DNA of 64,000 nucleotides from Clostridia bacterium (GTDB lineage: Bacteria; Bacillota; Clostridia; Christensenellales; UBA1242), in the NCBI GenBank assembly GCA_017464845.1, contig JAFTYD010000019.1:53567-117566 (forward strand), given 5' to 3'. Within the stretch, counting starts at the first letter, position 1; the number at the start of each line of letters is the position of its first letter. Below, in pieces: positions 1 through 9,839 of the stretch. The translations under genes and the position numbers were made by a program. The notes beneath the pieces are model-generated. The model was not told where the DNA came from, made no database searches, and was given only the letters and a program-made list of their open reading frames with translations.

Positions 1-377
1 CCAGCAAAACAAACTATTCCCATAAAAACAGATAATAACGCATTTTTATAACCTATTTTAAAAGAAAATTTTGATGCTGAAAATGATATATTATTTTTCT
101 TATTATACAAAAAGAAAACTAAAATAAATGAAACCTGAGTTGAAAGCATATAAGGTATAGTAAACCAATATTTAGTTTCATAAAGTTTTTGCGCATAATT
201 GTCATCATTAGCGAATTCAACCCCTGCAACTTTACCAATATACATACCAATAAACATTACAAGTAGTGCCACAGCAAATGGCACAAATAATGCAAGGATA
301 AAAGCCCACCCTGCATCTTTTGAATTATAAAAATTTCTTCTGTCAAATACATTTTGATTTTCGTTTTGTTTTTCCAT
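1..377 (-). CDS. multi-pass membrane protein, N-terminal part only (gene runs off the left edge)
   Basis: A reverse-strand ATG at 377 opens a frame that stays open to position 1 (MEKQNENQNVFDRRNFYNSKDAGWAFILALFVPFAVALLVMFIG...). It has several hydrophobic helices. It is absent from the ORF track because it is truncated. I cannot assign a family. Confidence 0.5.
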   Translation of the reverse strand, partial: MEKQNENQNVFDRRNFYNSKDAGWAFILALFVPFAVALLVMFIGMYIGKVAGVEFANDDNYAQKLYETKYWFTIPYMLSTQVSFILVFFLYNKKNNISFSASKFSFKIGYKNALLSVFMGIVCFA

Positions 378-456
378 AATTTAAATTATACAACAAAAAA
401 AATAAAAATACAAATAAACTCTTTACTTAAAATAAAAAATATAATAAAATAACACT

Positions 457-903
457 ATGAAAAATTTTATGGAAATAGCAATTAAAGAAGCTTTAAAAGC
501 AAAAAAGCATGGCGAAGTTCCTATTGGAGCTGTTATAGTTAAAGATGATAAAATTATTGCAAAAGCTTACAACAAAAGAGAACGAAAAAAAAATGCTTTA
601 TATCATGCTGAAATATTAGCAATAAACAAAGCATGTAAAAAACTTAAATCATGGCGTCTTGACAATGCAACAATATATGTAACGCTAGAACCTTGTCCAA
701 TGTGTGCAGGTGCAATTTCAAATGCTAGAATAAAAAAATTAATATACGGAGCAAGCGAAAAATCATCTGATCAAAATTTTTTAGAATTAATACTTTCTTC
801 AACACGCTTAAACCATAAAACATTATATGAAAAAGATGAACAATATGAACAACAATGTTCTCAATTATTAAAAGATTTTTTCAAAAAAATAAGAAAAAAA
901 TAA
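457..903 (+). CDS. tadA: tRNA-specific adenosine deaminase (CMP/dCMP deaminase fold)
   Basis: Has the HAE zinc/catalytic motif (LYHAEILAI) and the PCPMC motif (TLEPCPMCAGAI). Size is ~150 aa. Confidence 0.9.
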   Translation: MKNFMEIAIKEALKAKKHGEVPIGAVIVKDDKIIAKAYNKRERKKNALYHAEILAINKACKKLKSWRLDNATIYVTLEPCPMCAGAISNARIKKLIYGASEKSSDQNFLELILSSTRLNHKTLYEKDEQYEQQCSQLLKDFFKKIRKK

Positions 904-927
904 AAGGAATTTTCATTCCTTTTTATT
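903..927. terminator. bidirectional intrinsic terminator between convergent tadA and the SHOCT gene
   Basis: Hairpin aaaggaat-tttc-attccttt, flanked by an A-run and a T-run. Confidence 0.6.
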
Positions 928-928
928 T

Positions 929-1420
929 TTATAATAAATCCAACATTCTTTCATTGAATTCTTCTTCTGTAATTATTCCTTGATCTTTAAGACTTCTTAA
1001 ATGAGCAATTTCTTTTTGTTTTTCTTCCAAAGATTCTTGTTCTTTAAGTTCCTCTCTTCTTTCTTCTCTTTGTTCTCTCAAAATATCACTTTTTGAATTC
1101 ATTACAACAATATCTGAAAGACAAGATGCAATAATCAATAATATGAAAGAAATAATACTTCCTAAAAACAATGTTAATAAATAGCCAATATAATATTGAG
1201 TTGTTCTTGATGAAAAATTCTTTCCTTTATTCGCAATTGAATAAAACAATAAAATTGAAGATAACAACATTCCAATCATGTATGGCACATATGTTAAAAT
1301 TAAAGATAATATTGAAGATTTACCATCATAATCTAAGATAGCTACTAAAAGATATGTTGCAAAAGTTAACAAATTTAATATTCCTGATATAAGAATTAGC
1401 CAAAACTTTGCTTTTCTCAT
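929..1420 (-). CDS. membrane protein with a C-terminal SHOCT domain
   Basis: Four predicted TM helices, then a charged coiled region, then a SHOCT-like tail (LRSLKDQGIITEEEFNERMLDLL). Confidence 0.6.
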   Translation of the reverse strand: MRKAKFWLILISGILNLLTFATYLLVAILDYDGKSSILSLILTYVPYMIGMLLSSILLFYSIANKGKNFSSRTTQYYIGYLLTLFLGSIISFILLIIASCLSDIVVMNSKSDILREQREERREELKEQESLEEKQKEIAHLRSLKDQGIITEEEFNERMLDLL

Positions 1421-1598
1421 AACTACCTCCTTTTTATACTAAATATATTAACATTTAGATAAATTCTAGTCAAATTATTTTGATATTTTTGTCTTATTTA
1501 ATATAATATAAAAATGTAAAAATATTAAAAATTATGTAATTCATTTTTCAAAATTACAAATATTTAACATATTATTATATACATTAAAGGATTAAAAT

Positions 1599-2402
1599 AT
1601 GAAGAAAAATAAAGAAAAAAGAACAATCGTTATTACTGGTGCATCAAGTGGAATCGGAAAAGGTTTAAAAGAAGCATTTGAAAAAAAAGGCGATAAAGTC
1701 ATTTCAATTTCAATAGACTCTGGAGATTATGTTTGTGATGTATCAGACACAAATAAACTTAAAGAAATATTTAATGAAATTGGAAAAGAAAACAAAATCG
1801 ATATGCTTATCACATGTGCAGGATATGGAATCTCTGGTGCCGTAGAATTATTATCAGAAGAAATGGCAAAAAAAGAATTTGATGTTAACTTTTGGGGAAC
1901 CGTTAACTCTTGTAAATTTGCCATTCCTCTTATGAATAAAAATTCAAAACTTATTATGATAAGTTCTGCTACTGCACTCTTCCCTGTTCCATTTAAGGCA
2001 TATTATTGTTCAAGCAAAGCTGCAGTAAGTTCATTCTCACAAGCTCTAAGAATGGAATTATCACAAACTGACATTCAAGTTACAGCAATTTGTCCTGGAG
2101 ATATAAAAACTAATTTCACAAAAAATAGAGTAAAAATTTATGACACAAATTCAAGATATAATGATTCAATTCAACTCTCTACTCAACCAACAGAAAAAAC
2201 AGAAAAAAGAAGAATGTCCCCTGAATACGCAATTCGAAAAATCGAATTAATTTGCGAAAAGAAAAAACTCAAACCTCAATACATAGTAGGCAAACAATAT
2301 AAAATATTTAACTTCTTAAAAAATGTTTCTTCTTTATCATTACAATTAAAAGTTTTAACTAAATTATTTTATAAAAAAAGCAAAAAAAATCCTAAAAAAT
2401 AG
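1599..2402 (+). CDS. short-chain dehydrogenase/reductase (classical SDR)
   Basis: TGASSGIG cofactor motif at the N-terminus and a YxxxK active site (YYCSSKAA). Confidence 0.85.
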   Translation: MKKNKEKRTIVITGASSGIGKGLKEAFEKKGDKVISISIDSGDYVCDVSDTNKLKEIFNEIGKENKIDMLITCAGYGISGAVELLSEEMAKKEFDVNFWGTVNSCKFAIPLMNKNSKLIMISSATALFPVPFKAYYCSSKAAVSSFSQALRMELSQTDIQVTAICPGDIKTNFTKNRVKIYDTNSRYNDSIQLSTQPTEKTEKRRMSPEYAIRKIELICEKKKLKPQYIVGKQYKIFNFLKNVSSLSLQLKVLTKLFYKKSKKNPKK

Positions 2403-2529
2403 GATTTTTTTGTTATTTTTTTATTTATTTATTATTTATTAATAATTCAACCAATTTTTTTAATTTAAAAAGACATATCTTTTGTAACAATTTTATAATA
2501 AAAACATACACTGATAATGGAGGCATATC

Positions 2530-2781
2530 ATGAGATTTACCACTCAATACAAACAAGGTGAGAGTTTTTGTATGAATTGTAATTGTTTCTCCCCACCGCC
2601 TTATTCATGTATGCCTTACAACTATGGTTGTCAAAACGATTTAATGTTTAACCCTTGTTGTAATGTCCCACCTCAAATGCCATGTTTCCCTTGTCAAAAC
2701 CTTTGTTGTACAAGAAATACATGTAACAGCAATTTACTCTTCTTTCTTGGCGGTTACCTCTTATCACAAAGGAAATACTAA
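2530..2781 (+). CDS. small cysteine/proline-rich protein (12 Cys in 83 aa) with a hydrophobic C-terminus
   Basis: A GGAGG lies 6 nt upstream of the ATG. The sequence carries CC and CxxC pairs (NPCCNVPPQMPCFPCQNLCCTRNTC). The region is locally GC-richer than its surroundings. Followed by a strong terminator. Confidence 0.55.
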   Translation: MRFTTQYKQGESFCMNCNCFSPPPYSCMPYNYGCQNDLMFNPCCNVPPQMPCFPCQNLCCTRNTCNSNLLFFLGGYLLSQRKY

Positions 2782-2808
2782 AACTTTTACCAAAGAAATA
2801 CAAAAGAT

Positions 2809-2846
2809 AAAATAAACACATCATATTTTTTGATGTGTTTATTTTT
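2809..2846. terminator. bidirectional terminator between the Cys-rich gene and pepF
   Basis: 12-bp stem ataaacacatca / tgatgtgtttat, with a T-run on the plus strand and an A-run upstream. Confidence 0.75.
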
Positions 2847-2867
2847 ATACAATATTATGAATATTTA

Positions 2868-4649
2868 TTAATTTAATAAATTTTCCCAGTTAACAAGTAT
2901 TTCATTAACATAATCAAATACATTCTTAAATATTTCATCATTTTCCAAATCACAACCTGCAAATTTCAAAATATTTATCGGAGTATCAACAGAACCACTT
3001 GATAAGAATTTTATATATTTATCTTTAACTCCATCAACATTCTCAAATAAACCTTTTGAAAAATTCACAGCACAAATAAATCCTGTTGAATATTTGTAAA
3101 CATAGAAACTATTATAAAAATGAGGAATTCTTGCCCACTCATATTTCATTTCTTCAAGCATATCAACATCTTCCCCATGATAAAAATCATTCAAACTCGA
3201 ATAAGTATCACATAAAAAATCTTTAGTAAGTGGAATATCATTTTCATAAGCAGAATGTATTTTCTCTTCAAATTCTGAAAACATAGTTTGACGGAATATT
3301 GTTGAACGAACTTGTTTTAAGAAATAATCATAATAATACATTCTCTCATTATTTGAAGTTGATTTACTTAACAAATATCTCAAAAGCAACATTTCATTAA
3401 CTGTACTTGCAACTTCGGCTAAAAATATTACATAACCAGCAGTTTGACGAGGTTGATTTGTATTTGAATAATAAGAATGAAGTGCATGACCAAGTTCATG
3501 AGCAAGTGTAAATACACTTTCCAAATTCCCAACAAAATTAGTGAGCACAACAGGATTTCCACCATAACTACCCCATGAAAAAGCACCTGTATCTTTATTT
3601 TCATTAGGATAAACATCTATCCATCTTTCATCTCTAGCTTTTCTCAATAAATTACAATATTCTTCTCCTAGTGGTTTACAAGCTTCAATAATCAAATCAA
3701 TCGCTTCTTCATAAGTATATTTTTTTGTTATATCACTTGTTATTGGAGCAAAAATATCATACACTGCAAGTTTATCAAGGTTTAACATTTTTCTTTTAAT
3801 TTCAAAATATCTATAATTTAAACTTATATTTTCTCTAACCTGTTGTATAAGTTTTTTATAAACAGTAATACTTGCTTCTTCACTATAAATTGAAGCATCA
3901 AGTTTTGATTTAAACTTTCTTAATTTAGCAAAATAACAATCAGCTTTTACATCTGAAATATAATTATTTGCAATAAAGTTTATAAACTTACCAAAAGTAC
4001 CATTCATACCTACAAAAGTATTTTTTCTAAGCACCCTATCTTCACTTTCAGCAAGTTGAAGATAAGTTGAATAATTTAAAGTATAAGTCTTTTCTTTACT
4101 ATCTTTTACATCATCAAATCTTAAATCTACGTCACAAAATTTATCAAAATTATCACTAAATCCACCCAAAAACTCTCCTAAACCAGAAATAAGTAATTCT
4201 TCTTTCTTGCTTAACATATGCTTTTTTGATTTAATAACATCTTCAAAAAATCTTCTATAATTCTTAAATTTTTCAATACAAGACAATCTTTTTAATTCTT
4301 TAATTGAAAGTTTTGAAATTTCAATATCAATAAAAGTTGAAATAATTTCAAAATTAGTTCCAACTTTTGAAATACTTTCACACATTTTATTTGCAACATC
4401 ATCTGCACCATCTTCTTTTAATTTCAAGTTAGCATAAACATATAAAAGTCCAAACTCAACACTTAATTTTCCTTCAAGTTCTAGACATTCATAAATTTGA
4501 TTTTCATCTTTCAATTTACCTTCATAGATTTTTATTTTATCTTTTTCATTGTCTAATTTTTTTAATCTTTCATAAAAATCTTTTTCATCTTTACAATAAT
4601 TTGATAAATCCCATTTATACTTTTCTTCAATTTGATTTCTTTTTAACAT
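2868..4649 (-). CDS. pepF: oligoendopeptidase F (M3B metallopeptidase)
   Basis: 593 aa with the HELGH zinc motif (LAHELGHALH). Length and N-terminus (KWDLSNYCKDEKDF) are typical of PepF. Confidence 0.9.
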   Translation of the reverse strand: MLKRNQIEEKYKWDLSNYCKDEKDFYERLKKLDNEKDKIKIYEGKLKDENQIYECLELEGKLSVEFGLLYVYANLKLKEDGADDVANKMCESISKVGTNFEIISTFIDIEISKLSIKELKRLSCIEKFKNYRRFFEDVIKSKKHMLSKKEELLISGLGEFLGGFSDNFDKFCDVDLRFDDVKDSKEKTYTLNYSTYLQLAESEDRVLRKNTFVGMNGTFGKFINFIANNYISDVKADCYFAKLRKFKSKLDASIYSEEASITVYKKLIQQVRENISLNYRYFEIKRKMLNLDKLAVYDIFAPITSDITKKYTYEEAIDLIIEACKPLGEEYCNLLRKARDERWIDVYPNENKDTGAFSWGSYGGNPVVLTNFVGNLESVFTLAHELGHALHSYYSNTNQPRQTAGYVIFLAEVASTVNEMLLLRYLLSKSTSNNERMYYYDYFLKQVRSTIFRQTMFSEFEEKIHSAYENDIPLTKDFLCDTYSSLNDFYHGEDVDMLEEMKYEWARIPHFYNSFYVYKYSTGFICAVNFSKGLFENVDGVKDKYIKFLSSGSVDTPINILKFAGCDLENDEIFKNVFDYVNEILVNWENLLN

Positions 4650-4651
4650 TT

Positions 4652-5350
4652 TTACCTCGTAAAATATTTATCAATATAAAATTTATTCCAAGCTGTTGAT
4701 GTTGTATCAGGACAAACCATAAATACTAATTTATCTTTTGAAACAGGATGAACAAAATTCACCTTTCCAGCCCATAAACTCATATTATTTGAAAAGTTTT
4801 TAACATTTTTATTATATTTTGCATCACCACAAATTGGTAAACCAATATTAGAAAGTTGAACCCTAATTTGATGACTTCTACCTGTTTTTATTTGAATTTC
4901 AAGCAAACTTTCCTTTCCATTTGTTTCAAGAAGTTTATATTCAAGTTCAGCTTTTTTTGCTCCACTCTCTAATGCTGGCACAATAGTTACTTTATTAGTC
5001 TTTGAATCTTTTTTCAAATAATTCACAAGTACACCTGTTTTTTGTTTTGGAACACCATCAACTATTGCATAGTAAGTTTTATGAAAAGTATTATCTTTTA
5101 ATTGTTCACAAAGTCTATTTGCAGATTTTGATGTTCTTGCAAATACAACAATACCTCCTGTCGGTCTATCAAGTCTTTGAACCATACCAATATATGCTTC
5201 ACCTTTCTTTTCATACTTAACTTTCACATATTCTTTTACCATACTAAGAAGATCTTTATCTTTTGATTCATCTGCTTGCGTTGGAATATTATGTGGTTTT
5301 ATCACAACTATTATTTGATTATCTTCATATAAAACATTTAAATTTTCCAT
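4652..5350 (-). CDS. RluA-family pseudouridine synthase
   Basis: Motifs VQRLDRPTGG and GRSHQIRVQL. There is no S4 domain, and the length is 232 aa. Confidence 0.85.
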   Translation of the reverse strand: MENLNVLYEDNQIIVVIKPHNIPTQADESKDKDLLSMVKEYVKVKYEKKGEAYIGMVQRLDRPTGGIVVFARTSKSANRLCEQLKDNTFHKTYYAIVDGVPKQKTGVLVNYLKKDSKTNKVTIVPALESGAKKAELEYKLLETNGKESLLEIQIKTGRSHQIRVQLSNIGLPICGDAKYNKNVKNFSNNMSLWAGKVNFVHPVSKDKLVFMVCPDTTSTAWNKFYIDKYFTR

Positions 5351-5493
5351 AATTTTTCTCCTTTGTAATTATATCATTGACTAATAAAATAGTCAAATAA
5401 GATATTAACTTAAATTAATAAATTTAAACCATATTTTTATTTTAATAAATTTAATAAAAAATTATTTTAAATAAAAAACATATAAAAATAATT

Positions 5494-5532
5494 AAAAAAA
5501 GCATAAAAAACTTAATTTTTATGCTTTTTTTT
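5494..5532 (-). terminator. intrinsic terminator after the methyltransferase gene
   Basis: Stem gcataaaaa / tttttatgc with U-runs on both sides. Confidence 0.7.
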
Positions 5533-5537
5533 GTAAT

Positions 5538-6386
5538 TTAATTCCAAAATTTAAAACCTGATGCTCCACAAGGAAGAACTAGTCCATCATTTGTTGGTAG
5601 CCCTATTTCATCAGCTTCAACATTATCTAAACCAAAATAAGATTTCAAAATATTAGAAATAACAGTAGGTTGAAGTCCTGTTGTATATGAATTAATAAGA
5701 ACAAACAAAGGTTTATCAGAAAGAACTTTTGAAGCAAGTTCAACAAAATCTGCAAGGTTGTCTTCAAGTTTCCACATTTCACCACTTGGACCTCTACCAT
5801 AACTTGGTGGATCCATAATGATAGCATCATAAAAACTTCCTCTTCTTATTTCTCTTTCAATAAATTTTTTACAATCATCAACAATATATCTAATTGTTGT
5901 AATATTATTTAATTTTGCGTTTTGTCTTGCTCTTTCAACCATACCTTTACTTGCATCAACATGAGTAACCTTTGCGCCTGCATTGGCACAAGCAACAGAA
6001 GCTCCACCTGTGTATGCAAATAAATTTAAAACTTTAATTTCTCTATTAGCATTCTTTATTAAATCTTCCATTATCTCCCAGTTAACTACTTGTTCTGGAA
6101 AAAGTCCGGTATGTTTAAATCCCATAGGTTTTATAATAAATTTTAAATTTTTCCAAGAAATTATCCATTCTTCAGGAATTGAATTAAGATACTTCCATCT
6201 TCCACCACCACTACTTTCTCTCAAGTAATGAGCATCTATATTTGGAAAACTTAATAAATTCTTTTTAGCATGCCAAATAACTTGTGGATCTGGTCTAAGT
6301 AAAGTAATTCTACCCCACTTTTCTAATTTTTCTCCATCTCCTGTAGAGATTACTTTATAATCTGTCCAAGAATTCGCTATTCTCAA
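5538..6386 (-). CDS. class I SAM-dependent (rRNA-type, RlmI/RlmK-like) methyltransferase
   Basis: SAM-binding motif LNLFAYTGGASV and the DPPSYGRG motif typical of the PF10672-type methyltransferases. Confidence 0.75.
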   Translation of the reverse strand: MRIANSWTDYKVISTGDGEKLEKWGRITLLRPDPQVIWHAKKNLLSFPNIDAHYLRESSGGGRWKYLNSIPEEWIISWKNLKFIIKPMGFKHTGLFPEQVVNWEIMEDLIKNANREIKVLNLFAYTGGASVACANAGAKVTHVDASKGMVERARQNAKLNNITTIRYIVDDCKKFIEREIRRGSFYDAIIMDPPSYGRGPSGEMWKLEDNLADFVELASKVLSDKPLFVLINSYTTGLQPTVISNILKSYFGLDNVEADEIGLPTNDGLVLPCGASGFKFWN

Positions 6387-6390
6387 TTTT

Positions 6391-9300
6391 TTACACCTTT
6401 TTTATATAAATTTCAATAGTTTTTCCATTATTTTCAAGTTGAGTAACAAAATCACCTTTTCCATCAAAATTAACTTCATCACACAAAGTATCTTTTTGAA
6501 TTACATTTTTATAATTTTCAATTACAACTTTTGTTTCATCATCACAGTTAAATGAAATAACAATATGATTAACAACTTCAAAACCACTTTCTTTTCTTAA
6601 GTTTTGAACTTTACTTACTACTTCTCTCACAAAACCTTTTTCTAAAAGTTCTTGAGTTAAGTTTGTATCAAGTACTAATGTTATTTCACCATCACTTTCA
6701 GAAGAATAACCTTCTCTGTTTTTAACAGAAATCAACAAATCTTCTTCGCTTAATTCAACTTGTGTTCCATCAACTTCAAATTTTAAGTTTTCGCCATTTC
6801 TAACATTCTTAACTGTTGAAACTGGTTCAACATTTGCTAAAAATTCTTTAATTTTTCCTAATAATTTACCATATTTTGGACCAATTGTCTTTAATTGTGG
6901 TTTAATTTCATAACTTACATAATCAGAAGCATCATGTAAAATTACTAAATCTTCAACATTTAATTCGTCTTTAATAAGGTTTTGCAATTCTTCTTCAAGT
7001 TCTAATTTATTTGCAGTACAAACAATAGCTTTTGAAAGAGGTTGTCTATTTTTTACACCACAATTACTTCTACTTGCTCTACCAAGTACAACAATTTTTA
7101 AAACTTTGTCCATTCCTTCATTTAATTTTCCATCAATCATAGATTCATCACATTCTGGATAAGAGCAAAGATGAACACTTTCTGGAGCATTTGCATCAAC
7201 ACTTCTTACTAAATTTTGATAAATTTTTTCACTAATAAAAGGAACAAATGGAGCAACAAGTTTTATTGTTCCAACCAAAACTTCATATAATGTTTTGTAA
7301 GCTGAAATCTTATCATCTGTTTGTTCACTTCCCCAGAATCTTTCTCTACTTCTTCTTACGTACCAGTTAGATAAAGTATCAACAAAATCTGTGATAATTC
7401 TTGCTGGAGTTAACATATCATATTTTTCTAAACATTCTGTAACTTTCTTAACAAGAGCATTATATTCTGACAATAACCACTTATCAAAGAAAGATAATTT
7501 ACAATCTTTAAGATCATATTTTGTTGGGTCAAATTGATCAATTTCTGCATAAAGCACATAGAAAGCATAAATATTCCATAATGTACCCATAAATTTTCTT
7601 TGAAGTTCTATAAGATTGTCTTCATTAAATGACATACTTTGTCCAGGATTACATGAATAATAGAAATACCATCTAAGAGCATCTGAACCTTCTTTATTTA
7701 AAATGTCCCAAGGATCAATACCATTTCCTTTAGATTTGCTCATTTTTTGACCAAATCTATCATTAATAAGACCTAAAGCTGTACAAGATTTATATGGTGA
7801 TTTACCAAAAAGAATTGTATTAATTGCAATTAAAACATAGAACCAGCCACGAGTTTGGTCAATACCTTCACAGATAAAATCAGATGGGAATGTTTTTTCA
7901 AACAATTCTTTATTTTCAAATGGATAGTGATATTGAGCAAAAGGCATTGAACCAGAGTCAAACCAGCAATCCATAACTTCAGGAGTTCTTTGCATCATCT
8001 TTCCACATTTTTCACAAGGGAAAGTAATTTTATCAAGAGTAGGTTTATGCAAGTCTAAATCCCCTTCAACACCTGACAATTTCTTTAATTCTTCAACACT
8101 ACCAACAACATGAATATGTCCACATTCACAAACCCAGAAAGGTAATGGTGTTCCCCAATATCTATTTCTAGAAATACCCCAGTCAATATTATTTGCAAGG
8201 AAATTACCCATTCTACCACCTTTGATAGTATCAGGAATCCAGTAAACTGAATTATTATTTTCAACCATCAAATCTTTAACTTCAGTTGTTTTAACAAACC
8301 AAGTACTTTTTCCATAATAAAGCAATGGTGTGTTACATCTCCAACAATGTGGATATGAGTGTTCAAATAATAAAACTTTGAACATTTTATTTTCATTTTC
8401 TAATTTTTCAATAACAAACTTGTCTGCTTCCTTAGCACCCATTCCAACAAAATCTGTTGCTTCTTGTGTAAATTTTCCAGCATCATCAATAAGTTGAATG
8501 AAAGTTAAATCATAATTTTTTCCAACTTTATAGTCATCTTCACCAAATGCTGGAGCAATATGAACAATACCTGTACCATCTTCAACAGTTACATAATCAT
8601 CAACAGTAACAAAATAACCATTCTTTACAGTATCTTTTACATAATCAAACAATGGTTCATATTTTTGATATTCAAATTCTTTACCAGTTTTTGAATAAAC
8701 TTCTGTATAAGTACCATCTTCAAATAATTTTGAAACTAAGTTTTTGAGCATGATGTAATTTACACCTTCATATTCAATTTTTACATAAACTTCATTTGGA
8801 TTCATACAAATTGCAATATTTGAAGGTAAAGTCCATGGAGTTGTTGTCCAAACTAAGAAATAAGTATTATCTTCTTCCAAGCTCTTCATTTTAACGAAAA
8901 TACTTTTTTCTTTCAAAACTTTATAATTTTGTTCAACTTCCATTTTAGAAAGAGATGTTCCACATCTTGGACAATAAGGAACAATCTTATGACCTTTATA
9001 GATCAAACCTTTTTTATCCATTTCCTTCAATGCCCAGAAAATACTTTCAATATATTTGTTATCATAAGTAATATATGGATCTTCCATATCAACCCAGTAA
9101 CCAAATCTTTCAGTAATTTCTTCCCACATTCCTTTATATTTCCAAACAGATTGTTTACAAAGTTCAATAAACTTTTCAACACCAAAATTTTCAATATCTT
9201 GTTTACCATTTAAGCCAAGTTGTTTTTCAACTTCAACTTCAACAGGAAGACCATGAGTATCCCAACCTGCTTTTCTTGGAACATAAAAACCTTTCATAGT

Positions 9301-9516
9301 TTTATATCTTGGAATAATATCTTTCATAGCTCTTGTTAAAGGATGTCCAATATGAGGAAGACCATTAGCAGTTGGAGGTCCTTCATAAAAAGAAAAGATT
9401 TGATTTCCTTCATTTTTGTTCAAACTTTTCTTAAAAATATTGTTTTCCTTCCAAAAATTTAATACTTCTTTTTCATTTTTGATAAAATCTAATTTTGAGT
9501 CAACTGATTTATACAT
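6391..9516 (-). CDS. ileS: isoleucine--tRNA ligase, long (type 2-like) form
   Basis: HIGH-type motif (PHIGHPLTR) and KMSKS. I moved the start to the ATG at 9516 (MYKSVDSK...) because a GGGAGG lies 7 nt upstream. The ORF-track start at 9531 contains that RBS. Confidence 0.95.
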   Translation of the reverse strand: MYKSVDSKLDFIKNEKEVLNFWKENNIFKKSLNKNEGNQIFSFYEGPPTANGLPHIGHPLTRAMKDIIPRYKTMKGFYVPRKAGWDTHGLPVEVEVEKQLGLNGKQDIENFGVEKFIELCKQSVWKYKGMWEEITERFGYWVDMEDPYITYDNKYIESIFWALKEMDKKGLIYKGHKIVPYCPRCGTSLSKMEVEQNYKVLKEKSIFVKMKSLEEDNTYFLVWTTTPWTLPSNIAICMNPNEVYVKIEYEGVNYIMLKNLVSKLFEDGTYTEVYSKTGKEFEYQKYEPLFDYVKDTVKNGYFVTVDDYVTVEDGTGIVHIAPAFGEDDYKVGKNYDLTFIQLIDDAGKFTQEATDFVGMGAKEADKFVIEKLENENKMFKVLLFEHSYPHCWRCNTPLLYYGKSTWFVKTTEVKDLMVENNNSVYWIPDTIKGGRMGNFLANNIDWGISRNRYWGTPLPFWVCECGHIHVVGSVEELKKLSGVEGDLDLHKPTLDKITFPCEKCGKMMQRTPEVMDCWFDSGSMPFAQYHYPFENKELFEKTFPSDFICEGIDQTRGWFYVLIAINTILFGKSPYKSCTALGLINDRFGQKMSKSKGNGIDPWDILNKEGSDALRWYFYYSCNPGQSMSFNEDNLIELQRKFMGTLWNIYAFYVLYAEIDQFDPTKYDLKDCKLSFFDKWLLSEYNALVKKVTECLEKYDMLTPARIITDFVDTLSNWYVRRSRERFWGSEQTDDKISAYKTLYEVLVGTIKLVAPFVPFISEKIYQNLVRSVDANAPESVHLCSYPECDESMIDGKLNEGMDKVLKIVVLGRASRSNCGVKNRQPLSKAIVCTANKLELEEELQNLIKDELNVEDLVILHDASDYVSYEIKPQLKTIGPKYGKLLGKIKEFLANVEPVSTVKNVRNGENLKFEVDGTQVELSEEDLLISVKNREGYSSESDGEITLVLDTNLTQELLEKGFVREVVSKVQNLRKESGFEVVNHIVISFNCDDETKVVIENYKNVIQKDTLCDEVNFDGKGDFVTQLENNGKTIEIYIKKV

Positions 9517-9548
9517 AATTTTTCCTCCCATAAAAAATTAGTAAAAAC

Positions 9549-9795
9549 AAAAAAAGCCGTGCAAGTTACAAGAAACCCAACACGGCCATAAAACACCACT
9601 TGTAAACTTATATTGTGCCATCACACAATCGCTTCTATAACGGTAAGCTTCCGACAAGCCTTACTAAATTTCAGGTTGCAACTATGAAAGTGATAATTCT
9701 AAAATCTACTCATTGTCTTACACCAACCGACAATTCTCTTTATGAGTCAACGAAAATTAGAACCGTGTCTTTCGTCATCGTTTTTGTTTTTACAT
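9549..9795 (-). promoter_or_regulatory. T-box leader (Ile specifier) controlling ileS
   Basis: On the reverse strand: an AGAGA and GGUGUAAG stem-I element; a candidate specifier AUC followed by A (plus-strand gat at 9692-9694); a T-box-like AGUGGUG; and a terminator GCCGUG...CACGGC plus U7 (9549-9586) just upstream of the ileS RBS. Confidence 0.75.
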
Positions 9796-9839
9796 ACAAG
9801 AAGAGTTTAATATAATAGTATAAAAAAGTCAAGTATTAT

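Noticed and set aside
2530-2781. The Cys-rich peptide as a RiPP (sactipeptide, ranthipeptide or lanthipeptide) precursor.
   Set aside because: No radical-SAM maturase, LanM/LanB, transporter or protease gene is adjacent. The neighbours are an SDR and pepF on separate transcription units. A structural or spore-associated role is more plausible.
1727-5220. Small nested ORFs (1727-1924, 3428-3616, 5002-5220) and similar ones inside ileS, nifS, hslU, ffh, glmS and the 809-aa ATPase gene.
   Set aside because: All are embedded in, or antisense to, well-supported longer genes. Their translations are hydrophobic and low-complexity, as expected from AT-rich antisense frames.
5351-5537. Repeated ttaataaattta-type strings in the intergenic region.
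   Set aside because: This is AT-rich low-complexity sequence with short chance repeats. It has no regular spacing and no inverted-repeat architecture.
9615-9815. 66-aa plus-strand ORF between ileS and the CBS gene.
   Set aside because: It lies antisense within the T-box leader. The region is explained by the RNA element.
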